22,853 nt of DNA from Octopus sinensis (lineage: Eukaryota): positions 1 through 22,853 of the forward strand of contig NW_021836769.1 in assembly GCF_006345805.1 (NCBI RefSeq), read 5' to 3'. This document shows, piece by piece, positions 10,689 to 21,257 of the stretch. The translations under genes and the position numbers were made by a program. The notes beneath the pieces were generated by a model. It made no database searches and was not told the DNA's origin. It saw only the letters and a list, made by a program, of their open reading frames with translations. The stretch's first letter is position 1, and the number at the start of each line of letters is the position of its first letter.

Positions 10689-11238
10689 AGGCGGCGAGGT
10701 GAAAGAAATTTTAGCACGCCGGGCGAAATGCTTAGTGGTATTTCGTCTGCCGCTACGTTCTGAGTTCAAATTCCGCCGAGGTCGACTTTGCCTTTCATCC
10801 TTCAAGGGTTGATTAAATAAGTACCAGTTACGCACTGGGGTCGATATTAACCGACTTAATCCGTTTGTCTGTCCTTGTTTGTTCTCTCTGTGTTTAACCC
10901 CTTGTGGGCAGTAAAGAAATAGGTATTTCGTCTGCTGCTACGTTCTGAGTTCAAATTCCGCCGAGGTCGACTTTGCCTTTCATCCTTTCGGGGTCGATTA
11001 AATAAGTACCAGTTACTCACTAGGGTCGATATAATCGACTTAATCTGTTTCTTTATCCTTATTTGTTCTCTTTGTGTTTAGCCCATTGTGGGTAGTCAAG
11101 AAATAGGTATTTCGTCTGCCGGTACGTTCTGAGTTACGGGAATCGATAAAATTATTACAAGTTACGCACTGGAGTCGAGGTAATCGACTTAATCCCATCC
11201 CCCAAATTTGAGGCTTTATGCTTCCAGTAGAAAGTATT
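10689..11238 (+). mobile_element. Family B SINE trimer (head + 185-bp unit + 184-bp unit + internally deleted terminal unit with normal tail)
   Basis: gtatttcgtctgc restarts at 10738, 10923 and 11107. Confidence 0.9.
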
Positions 11239-11256
11239 TGTATCCTATCGTTCTAG

Positions 11257-11475
11257 AAGCGGCGCATTGGCAGCTTCGTTAGGGCATCGGGTTAAGTGAT
11301 TTTCGGCATTTCGTCTGTCTTTCCGGTCTCAATTCGAATTCTGCCGAGGCTGACTTTACCTTTTGTCCTTTCGTCATCAATAAATGAAGTACCAGTGAAA
11401 CACTGGGTTCGATGTAATCGACTTCTTCCCTCCCACAAAATTTCAGGCCTTGTGCCTTTAGTAGAAATGATTATT
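11257..11475 (+). mobile_element. Family B SINE monomer, diverged
   Basis: Head gcggcgcattggcag, B box caattcgaattc, tail ggccttgtgcctttagtagaaatgattatt. Confidence 0.85.
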
Positions 11476-12063
11476 AACCTATCATTCTCATCAGTAATAT
11501 AACAGTTACACTTGTTTCAATCAAACTCTAGGTTGTCATTACTTGCCATACTGATGCATACACACACATAGACATATTCAGACTCTTTTACATGTATTGA
11601 AATGCAGAATGGACAGCATTCATTTTGAAATCTAAACAAAAATTCCCTTTACAAGTGGGGAAGCTATGAATTATAGTAATGCCTATGTAATTGATCACAT
11701 AATGCCTATCAGAATAAATCATGGTTTTAGACCTCATCATTTATTTCTCTGTCTCTTCAGCAAGTGCAGTTTGTAAACACAATCTGGTGTAAGCGTAGAT
11801 GCTGTGAGAAGAGATAAAAACGAAGCGTCGGTATTCTAAAGATAAGGAGAGATTTAAAACGAGTTGGTGTAATAGCATTCTTATTTCCAAAGAAATTTCG
11901 TTTTTTTATGATTTCCATTGTGCTCTCTTTTGCAGATGTTTATTTTTCTAGAAATTGAGAAGACAAAAACATTTTCTGCCACAACAGACGATGTCATCTG
12001 ATAAAATCAGATGATATTATTTCAGAGACACTAGGCTTTCATCATCATTCCTTTGAGGAGACC

Positions 12064-12141
12064 ATGGCCGGGGTGGTCAGACAACGCTACTGGACGAGTG
12101 CAAACAGAATTCGTCCTGCACAAGCAGACATTCACATTCCG
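12064..12141 (+). CDS. Candidate short coding exon or small ORF, product unknown
   Basis: Kozak-like ACCATGG, 26 codons (MAGVVRQRYWTSANRIRPAQADIHIP), then a possible donor CCG|gtattt. GC-richer unique island with upstream acceptor-like motifs. No recognised homology. Confidence 0.2.
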
Positions 12142-12262
12142 GTATTTCCACATAGTGTGTGAAATCTCCGCGGAGTTACGATCATTTTAATACATGATAC
12201 ATCTCTTCTGGCGTAAAATTCAGTCGTGGTAGGTTGTTGAATACACATTTCTATATATGCAG

Positions 12263-12297
<35 letters not shown>

Positions 12298-12672
12298 CAT
12301 GAATAAATACATACACGCTCTCACACGCACACACACAAATACCATCTATACACGCGCCCGTGCAGACATAAATATATCTGGAAGCAAACATGGATTTATA
12401 ATAGTATGTAAATATTGGCTTGGATAATCGTTTTGAATAGAACCATCCAAAAGCTGCCTGGCAGAGTCGAGCTCACGTCTCCTGTAGACACGACAGGTGT
12501 ATGGCTTCGAGGATAGTGGGAAGATTTAGAATCTTTCTATCCCTAAAGTTTATTTACCTCAATATTTACATACCGATGATTAAAGATTTAGGTGTAATTC
12601 GAGATCCAGATCCCCCACCAATACAATTGCTTTACATTCTCTCCAACGTTTACATTTTCTTACGTGGTCAAC

Positions 12673-12775
<103 letters not shown>

Positions 12776-12776
12776 C

Positions 12777-13033
12777 GGTCATTTGACTGTGGCCATGCTG
12801 AAGCACAACCTTTATTCGAGCTAATCGACCCCAGGACTTATTCTTTCTAAGCCTAGTACCTATTCAATCGGTCACTTTTGCCGAATCGTTAAATCACAGG
12901 GGCGTAAACAGACCAGTTCGGTTGGCCAAGAGATGTTGGCGGGGCAAACAGATACATAAACATATAGCACACACACACGCACACACACATATACGTCGGG
13001 CTTCTTTTAGTTTCTGTCAACCAAATCCACTCA
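12777..13033 (-). mobile_element. Family A SINE, 5'-truncated
   Basis: Reverse complement of ~2070-2325 (catttgactgtggccatgctg...ccaaatccactca); lacks the tRNA head. Confidence 0.85.
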
Positions 13034-13139
13034 TGCATTTTAAAGTTGACGAACACAAAAGTGTGACGTTTCCTTGTTTCAGTAAAACGGTGAAAGGAGT
13101 TTTATGCTTTCATTCCCTTCAGATAACCTTATAAAATTG

Positions 13140-13167
13140 TAAGTTGTTGTTGTCATTATTATTATTA

Positions 13168-13201
<34 letters not shown>

Positions 13202-13361
13202 TATTATGATCAACATCATCATCATCATCATTGTTATTATTATAAATTATTATTATCATCATCATCATCATCATCATTATTATTATTATTATTATTTATT
13301 ATGATCAACATCATCATCATCATCATTGTTATTATTATAAATTATTATATCATCATCATCA

Positions 13362-13430
<69 letters not shown>

Positions 13431-13470
13431 CTTGTTGTTGTTGTTGTTGCTGTTTTACTTGTAGTAGCAG
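13140..13470. repeat. Compound trinucleotide microsatellite (ATT/ATC/AGT/GTT) with a ~95-bp internal duplication
   Basis: ttattatgatcaacatcatc starts at both 13201 and 13296. Confidence 0.9.
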
Positions 13471-14289
13471 CAGCGTATTGTTGTTGCTGTTGTTACCATT
13501 TTTTTTTATTATTATTCTTACTTTAAAAGGTAAAATTATTATTGAATGATAATGCCTAAATAATCTTTTGAAGTATTTCTATCGTATTCTAAAATTCCAG
13601 TTGTCATTTTTTTGTATTTGTTTTAATCTATTAATTTAATTTTTTTTTTATATTTCTTAAATTATCTTGTGGATCTTTCGCAGTTCCTCTTATTATTTTC
13701 GTGGGTATTAATAAATAATTTTCATTTAGGTTTTTTTTTCTAATATTTGTTAAATATTTTGCAATTCCCTGTTTTAAATCGTATTTTTATTTTATTCTAT
13801 AGTTTGTAAAAACATCCTGACCACCACCATCACCTGTCATCATTATCATAGCTGTCATCATTATCATCATATCACCACCACCACCATCATCATCGTCATC
13901 ATTATCATCATCCTTATCGTTCATATCATAATTATTCATGTTGTTGCTAACATTGATTAGCGAAGGTGTATGATTTTTGCTGTTTTTTGCCGTCGTTGTT
14001 GATGCCATTGTGATTATCAGCGCCGTTAAATTTTTTCCATGATAATCAAATATGAAATTTAACGGCAATATTCTCATCTTCACGTCCATCTTTATCATAA
14101 CCATCTCCAATCATTACGAGCGTCAGCTTCATCATCTTCATCAAAATCATTAACATTGATTGCACTATACGCTTCTTAATCATACTCAACTTAATCACCT
14201 TAACAACAGCAACAGCAGCAGCAGAAAATCATCATCATCATCATCAACAACAACATTAGCAGCATCATCAACAACATTAGCATCATCAT

Positions 14290-14636
14290 CATAAGGAATT
14301 TTGCATTCATTACAAGCACCGTCAGTTATAACGATACTTTCATATTGACATACTTTTTGTTTTTAACTCAAGATTTCTTCAAACGCCTGGAGGCTTGCAT
14401 GCATAACAGACTTGATGCCTGCAGCCTATGGTATCATGCTACCTTTTTTTGGGGGGTTTTTTTCAACTATTTAATACGTCCTCCATTATTCTTACTGTGC
14501 CAAGGAGGCAAATATTTTCGATCAATTCTACTGGCCACTCTGTTCCGATTTCCTTAACATTCCTCTTGATGCCTTCTGATACTGTCTCCAAAGACAGAAC
14601 CATAAGTGGCACTATCTTCATCTTCCATAGCCAGAC
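14290..14636 (-). mobile_element. R4/Dong-like RLE extreme 3' remnant with 3'UTR
   Basis: WLWKMKIVPLMVLSLETVSEGIKRNVKEIG...ELIENICLLGTVRIMEDVLN* matches the W.......P.V.GALG...Q...LLGTARI.R.VL C-terminus. The 5' end abuts (AAC/AAT)n. Confidence 0.7.
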
Positions 14637-14774
14637 ATCATTGTTGTTGTTGTTATTATTATTATTTCTTACTTTCCTTATTATTATTATCATTATTATT
14701 AATATTATTATTATTATTATTATTATTAACAATATTATTATTATTATTATTATTATTATTTATTATTATTATTA

Positions 14775-14824
<50 letters not shown>

Positions 14825-14826
14825 GC
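14636..14826. repeat. (ATT)n microsatellite
   Basis: Visible. Confidence 0.95.
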
Positions 14827-14828
14827 TA

Positions 14829-14879
14829 GTGTTCAGGTCACTGCTTGGAATTGAACTCGGAATCTACACCATATGCCCA
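14829..14879 (-). mobile_element. Short tRNA-derived SINE (family D), internally deleted copy
   Basis: The minus strand reads gggcatatggtgtag-attccgagttcaattccaagcagtgacctgaacac, then (AAT)n. Confidence 0.7.
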
Positions 14880-14885
14880 TGCCTG

Positions 14886-14966
14886 TGGGCATATGGCGTA
14901 GTGGTTAAGAGTGCGGGCTACTAACTCCAAGATTCCGAGTTCGACTCCGAGCAGTAACCTGAATAC
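14886..14966 (+). mobile_element. Short tRNA-derived SINE (family D), ~80 bp, with (AAC)n tail
   Basis: A box TGGCGTAGTGG, B box GAGTTCGACTCC and anticodon-loop-like CTACTAA; lacks a canonical acceptor stem. Confidence 0.75.
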
Positions 14967-14996
14967 AAACAACAACAACAACAACAATAAACAGAA

Positions 14997-15043
<47 letters not shown>

Positions 15044-15059
15044 TATTATTATTATTATT

Positions 15060-15524
15060 GTTGTTATTCTATGTTTGACTTCTGCTATATACTGGTACAA
15101 GTTGGTTCCAAGTCTCACCCAGAGACCTCAAGAGACAACAGGCTGAATGTTCACGTTGTTGTTATGCCTAGTGTGCCATATATTTGGTTGGTTTTTTTTT
15201 GGTGTCGTACTAGGGGATGTCTAAACAAAAAAAAATTATGTTTGTTTTAAACCTTGAGATTACGTAGAAAGTATGTTGCGTAGGATATGAGCAGTTCCCA
15301 TGAACACTATCTTTTGAATTTCTGCCCTTTTGGGGTTTCCTGGTATCTGGATTAGGTAGCAATCAGCCCCTTTTGCTATCATTCCCAGAGCACCTATGAC
15401 AACAGGTATTGTTTTAGTCTTCAGATTCCACATTTTGCTGATTTCTGGTTCAAGATCTTTATATTTGCTCAGTTTTTGGTAGGTCTTGACAGATAGGTTT
15501 ATATAGATTGGGACAGTCATATCA

Positions 15525-15527
<3 letters not shown>
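15060..15527 (-). mobile_element. R4/Dong-like RLE 3' remnant inserted in (AAT)n
   Basis: IDMTVP...KLSKYKDLEPEISKMWNLKTKTIPVVIGALG...EIQKIVFMGTAHILRNILS*. A ~200-bp 3'UTR follows, with (AAT)n directly on both sides. Confidence 0.9.
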
Positions 15528-15597
<70 letters not shown>

Positions 15598-15700
15598 ATT
15601 ATTATAATTATTATTATTATTATTATTATTATTCCATTTATTATTACTATTATTATTACTTTTATTATTCTCATTATCATTACTTGTATTAGTACTGTTT
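15525..15700. repeat. (ATT)n microsatellite
   Basis: Visible. Confidence 0.95.
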
Positions 15701-15711
15701 TTATTATTTTC

Positions 15712-16051
15712 ATTACTTCCGCCTTTGCGACGGCGGAAGTATTGTTTTCAGTCGTGTTTGTGTGTTTGTTTGCCGTGGACAAGATATCTCCGGAACCGCT
15801 GGATGGATTCGAATGAAACTTTCAGAGATGTTTGGTCCCGGAACTGGCACGAACAGATTAAGTTTTGATATCGATCCGGTACTGGATCCTGGATTATATT
15901 TACTGTTTTTTTTTTAATATTTATTTTTTGAGAGCGCTCGGCTTCATTTTTAGTATTCTCGTTTGTGATGGCAGTCGACTTTATTTCAGATATTCGCATT
16001 TTAAAAGTCATCTCTGGCTAATGATGGAGAGCATGTGGGTGTTACCTTGTT
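15712..16051 (+). mobile_element. Non-autonomous Helentron/HINE (DINE-1-like) element candidate
   Basis: 5' subterminal 10-bp inverted repeat tacttccgcc/ggcggaagta, adjacent (GTTT)-like microsatellite, internal gatcc...ggatc palindrome, and an end at ggtgttaccTTGTT in T-rich flanks. Confidence 0.5.
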
Positions 16052-16185
16052 ATTATTAAATTGCTCTCATTATTTTGTTATTATTCAAACTCAAATTATT
16101 ATTATCATTATTTATATAGTTACTGTAATTTTACATGATCACAAACATCATAATCGTGACCACCATTATGTGACTACAGTTACCA

Positions 16186-16335
16186 TTCTTCTTCTTCTTC
16201 TTCTTCTTCTTCTTCTTCTTCTTCTTCTTCTTCTTCTTCTTCTTCTTCTTCTTCCTCTCCTTCTTCTTCTTCTTCTTCTTCTACGTTCCCCTCCTCCTCA
16301 TGCCTACATCTTCTTCTTCTCTTCTTCTTCTTTCT
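16186..16335. repeat. (CTT)n/(GAA)n microsatellite
   Basis: Visible; explains the poly-E and poly-L ORFs. Confidence 0.95.
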
Positions 16336-16913
16336 TCTTGGCTTCCTTCCTCCTTCTCTCTTACATACTACTATTGACATATACTCAACTGTCGGAAAGA
16401 TAATCCTAAAACGTAGTCTTAGATGGAAAGAACCCTTCTAAGTATCCTAGCTATATCTAATAACATTGTTTTCTGGACCTTTTCTGAATTGGGTTTCATG
16501 CCTATCTCTTCTATCCATCTGTTCAGATCTTTAGGGATAGTCCCCAATGCACCTATAACTACTGAGATACAAATGAGTCTATATCTACAGTAGCTAACTC
16601 CACGCACACTTCTACCCTATTCCACCACCCTCTTCCAACTCCCTTCCACCCCCCCCTTTCCACCTCCCTCCCCATCTTCCCACTCCTGCCCTTAGGTGGA
16701 GTCCTCCATTCATATTGGATTCCTTCCTAGTTCTTCTGTTTAGCCTTGCTTATTCAGTTTTTGTCCAATCTACAAAAGCTACTGATTATCTAAGTAATGA
16801 CACTGCACAAGTATTCAAAGCCTTCACTAGGTTCGAACCATTTAGCTTCGAATTCATTAGCGTCCTCACCCTTTTCATGTACCCCTCTCTCAATTTTCAC
16901 TTCCATTTCTATA
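16335..16913 (-). mobile_element. R4/Dong-like remnant: post-RT thumb region joined directly to the RLE C-terminus (internal deletion)
   Basis: YMKRVRTLMNSKLNGSNLVKALNTCAVSLLR*SVAFVDWTKTE*ARLNRRTRK...GLH...GRG...EVCVELA, then SVVIGALGTIPKDL...VQKTMLLDIARILRRVLSI*. Confidence 0.88.
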
Positions 16914-16914
16914 G

Positions 16915-16940
16915 TTGTTATTATATTATTATTATTATTA

Positions 16941-16977
<37 letters not shown>

Positions 16978-17260
16978 GATGTCATCATCATTATTATTAT
17001 CATTCTTCTTCTTATTATTATTATTATTATCATCATCATCATTATTATTATCATTCTTCTTATTCTTCTTCTTCTTATTATTATTATTATTATTATTAGT
17101 GTTATTATCATCATCATCATCATCATTATTATTATTATCATTAATATTATCATTATTATTATCATTATTGTTATTATTATCATTCTTATTATTATTATTG
17201 TTGTTATTATTATCCTAATTATTTTATTATTATTATTATTATTATTTTATTATTATTTTA
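16915..17260. repeat. Compound (ATT/ATC/CTT)n microsatellite
   Basis: Visible. Confidence 0.95.
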
Positions 17261-17465
17261 TTAACAACAGGTATATGACTGCTTCTTATTGTTCTTAATT
17301 TTATCAGTGTCATTTTAGTTGCTGTGGTATTGTATGTCGTATGGATTTCGCTACAATTTTATTCTTTTTATAAGTATTTAGTACTTTTATCAGAAATCAG
17401 AAATTGTGAAACTTAAACGAAATATTTAGATAAAATTAAACATCATATAACACCATATCGGATCC

Positions 17466-17517
<52 letters not shown>

Positions 17518-18354
17518 TATATGTATATATGTGTGCATATTATAAAATAAAATTTGAAATATTGATCAGTAACAATGAAAAATCTACAAACTTATAACAA
17601 ACAAAATTTTGGAAACGGTACATTAGGAGCAATACCGTTAAAGACGAATACAACAACAGCGACTCTAACAACAAGCAATACCACTCTTGGCAATGTTAAT
17701 TAGCTTGTTGTTGATGGAATGTCTTTGCTGATTTGATGTTGTTGTTGTTGCCGTGGGTGTTAATGACGTTCCAGTTGCTACTCGTTATTTTTGCTCTGCC
17801 TGTTTTTTTTCTGTTATAAAATGTAATTTTGTTATCTCTCATTTATGGCCGCCCTTGATAATATATTTTTGCACTTTACAACAGTATGCCGAGAGAATGC
17901 ATTAGAGAACTCGCCAAATACAGCTACAAATACAACAAGTATAAGAACAACAAGAATATCTAAGAAGAGAACAATAGAAACACGTTAGTAAAATAAGAGA
18001 GAAAAATAATTAAAATATAACAATGAAGAATAAATATATTCCAAACGATCCATATATTGCGCTGTAAACAAAACAAAAAAAAACAATGAAAAAAACAAGA
18101 GAATAGCGTATCTACTCTTACTTCTATAACATCTTATCTTATTAAACTGAAGGAAAAAAAAAACTTAAATTTAAGCTTCATATAATTGTTTTGTTTTCTT
18201 TGCTGCTATTGTTTGTGCGTTATAATTGTTTTGCCGCTATATCTGACTAACGTTGCGATTGATGTTGTTGTTGAAGTCGACTATCGTTGTTGGGTAGTTA
18301 CTGGTCTAACAGATTATAACACGCCTTTGATGGTTCTTGCACTTTGCAGTTGCT

Positions 18355-18368
18355 ATGCATTGCACATG

Positions 18369-18408
<40 letters not shown>

Positions 18409-18717
18409 AACACACACATACATATATATATATATATATGTATACACAATACCACCTTATATATATAGGCATATACACATACATTTATATACGTACATTT
18501 ATGCATATATATGTATATATATGCATATGTATAAAGATATATATGCAAATATGCATGTATACATATATGCATATATACATACATTTATATCCATACATAT
18601 ATATATATATTATACATATATATATATATATATATAATATATATATATACTATTTTATATATATATATACACACATACACACACACATATATATTCATTG
18701 TATTAATATATATATAT

Positions 18718-18752
<35 letters not shown>
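18355..18752. repeat. (TA)-rich microsatellite
   Basis: Visible. Confidence 0.9.
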
Positions 18753-18753
<1 letters not shown>

Positions 18754-19654
18754 AGTGAGGGAGAGAGGAATTTTGTGTTTTTATTTTAATGTTATGCGAA
18801 CGTTATCTCGGTTATTGCCGTTGACGTTATTCTTTTGTACAATCAGTATTCCATACTTTAATAGTTTTTATAATTTTAACGATTTTTATTCATTTCCTTC
18901 TCTTTCTGTTTTTCCTTATATATATTTTCTGTTTTCATCGTCATGTCACTCTTTTCTGTTTTTGCGCTCTCTCTTCTGTGCTGATGGCTGTTGTGTTCCT
19001 CTCTTCATTGTTATAATTGCATGCGTTGTATTGGTTGTTTTTGCCACGGCACTTGTTGATTATTGTTGCTATGATGTAATTTGCAACTGATTTATTCTCT
19101 AATTTTTGTAGTTGGTCTTCTTATATTTTCAGGATTATTGATGCCATTGTTCTTACAGCCGTTTGATGTATTTTCTTGCAACTCTTCTTGTTTTGTTGTT
19201 GATGTTGTCGTTTTAGCACTTGTCTCCTGGAACTTGTTGGCGTTCATGTTATAAAATATTGTTATTCGATATTTACTGTTTTGTTGCTATTACTGATGTG
19301 GATGTTCTCAAAGTTGTTGTTACATTCCATTTACCTTAAAATCCCGTTTTCGTTACTTCTGTAATAGTCAGAAATATCGTCCTCTGTATATTATTTTTTT
19401 CTTGTTTGATTTACATGCCTATATATTTTGTGCTGTTTTTCTTTTTCCTCGTATCATAATAGGAATTCAAATCAGAAATAAAAGTCGAAAATTATATTTC
19501 TGCAAGCAACTTAATTATTACTATTTCAGATGGTTGCAACATATGCTTAAATCTCCTCGCCTCCGCTTTAAAGATGATCAGAATCATCATGTTCTCTATA
19601 GAAATTATGAGATTCTCGAGAATTTTCGTGTCGACGAAGGTGGCGATGATAGTA

Positions 19655-19689
<35 letters not shown>

Positions 19690-19720
19690 AATTGACATCG
19701 TCATCATCATTAATATAAAC

Positions 19721-19946
19721 GCGGCGGGCTGGCAGAAACTTTAGCACGCTGGACGAAATGTTAAGCGGTATTTCGTCTACTTTTACGTTGTGAGTTCAAA
19801 TTTCCCCGAGGTCGAATTTGCCTTTCATCCTTTCGGGGTCAATAAATTAAGTACCATATGCGCGCTTGGATCGATCTAATCAAATGCCACCCCCCACCCC
19901 CCACCTCAAAAAAATTCCGGCTTTGTACCTAGAGTAGAAAAGATTA
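19721..19946 (+). mobile_element. Family B SINE monomer
   Basis: gcggcgggctggcagaaactttagcacgc...gagttcaaattt...gcctttcatcctttcggggtc...tagagtagaaaagattat, flanked by (ATC)n. Confidence 0.9.
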
Positions 19947-20000
19947 TCATCATCATCAAAAAGATTAGGCAAGCAGTGATTCCCGAATCACTGTTTTCAG

Positions 20001-20077
20001 TGATGCACCACAGTAGCACAGGGTCGAATGTTCCCACCGTCAATGGTGGCACTTCCGTTGCATTGACGCCCGTTGAG
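20001..20077 (+). CDS. Candidate small internal or first coding exon, product unknown
   Basis: Acceptor ctgttttcag|, open frame (V)MHHSSTGSNVPTVNGGTSVALTPVE, donor GAG|gtaaaa. GC-rich island in an AT-rich background. Confidence 0.3.
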
Positions 20078-20948
20078 GTAAAATAGAATTATCAACTATA
20101 TTCACGCCAAGTTTTACACCTCCGCTTGTTTTGTTCCTGGCCAATTCTCGATCAACTGAGAATATTTTCACTCGAATATCACAGACAACGCTAATACCTA
20201 TCTAAATTAGTAAAATTAATACATGTATAGACCTATCTACCTTCCGTTTTTACAACCCAATTTAAGTAATTCGTAAACATTTGAAGCAAAACTTTAACTT
20301 TACCAAAATTTATATCGTTAAACATTTGCTAATGATGGCCTTGCTCAAAATCTTAAAACCCTGACAGTAGAAATAGAAGCTCACTTGTATGACTGATGAA
20401 ACTACGTATCAAATGTTTTCACTTGTAGCACTAGAAATGCATCAATTTTAAAGGAAAGCAATGTGTTTTAAGCAGAGAATCATTTATATGGAAACCCGAT
20501 TAACACAGCAAGTTGCTGATATGATTTTAGAGAAAAATGACACCGTGGATACGTAGAAACTCTCAAACTATACTTTGGAATTATTTAGCAAATGGCAGAA
20601 TTACTGTTGTATTTGACACGTTGATTAAAAATAATTGTGTTGGTAAATATTAAGGACTGGGTATTAAAAAAATAAAAATATAATGGAGAAATGTAGATAT
20701 CCCTTTAGTTTATTTGTTGTAATTGCAAGCAAATCCACACCCCCACCACCAAAACAAAAACAAAAATAATCGTGGATAATACACCTTTATATGTAAAATG
20801 TTGGTCTTCCTCAGTTGACAGAAGACTTATTCACGTTGGGCATGCGTTGCAAATAATAATACATGCATACATACATGCTTACATATATACATATAGTCAT
20901 ACATAGTACACATATACATACATATTTATGCCTACTTATATATGCATA

Positions 20949-20990
<42 letters not shown>

Positions 20991-21019
20991 TATATAATAT
21001 ATATCTATATTAGTTAATC

Positions 21020-21203
21020 CAACATGAAACACAAAGAGAAAACACAACAACGCGAGGACGTGGAACAAGTATAGTATTATTGGACGCTCAGGAAAGAAGG
21101 AAAGTAGGAGGCTTAACGTTTCGAGCGAGCTATTCGTCAGAAACATAGGAAAGGAAAGATCCAAAGAAGGGAAGACGGAGGAAAAACATCGCCAACTGGC
21201 GAT
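21020..21203 (-). mobile_element. Probable Penelope-like-element-derived non-autonomous fragment embedded in (TA)n
   Basis: Carries a minimal hammerhead motif; purine-skewed unique block flanked by (TA)n on both sides. Boundaries approximate. Confidence 0.5.
21111..21144 (-). ncRNA. Minimal type I hammerhead ribozyme motif (degenerate stem II)
   Basis: Minus strand GUUU CUGACGA A UAGC UC GCUC GAAA CGU U AAGC: core CUGANGA and GAAA, palindromic stem III ACGU, NUH = GUU, stem I GUUU/AAGC. Confidence 0.6.
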
Positions 21204-21222
21204 TATATATATTATATATAAT

Positions 21223-21257
<35 letters not shown>

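Noticed and set aside
14886-14966. Functional tRNA gene
   Set aside because: No pairing acceptor stem, weak anticodon stem and a simple-repeat tail; better explained as a SINE.
16612-16692. G-quadruplex-like purine tract as a regulatory element
   Set aside because: It lies in register within the decayed LINE coding region (equivalent to the RKEGGRGL segment); no evidence of a function.
16715-16915. ORF 16715..17218 with a signal-peptide-like start (MDSFLVLLFSLAYSVFVQS)
   Set aside because: It is the antisense read of the R4/Dong-like thumb region, starts at TTG and ends in microsatellite.
20393-20399. CTGATGA as a hammerhead core
   Set aside because: No compatible GAAA and stems nearby.
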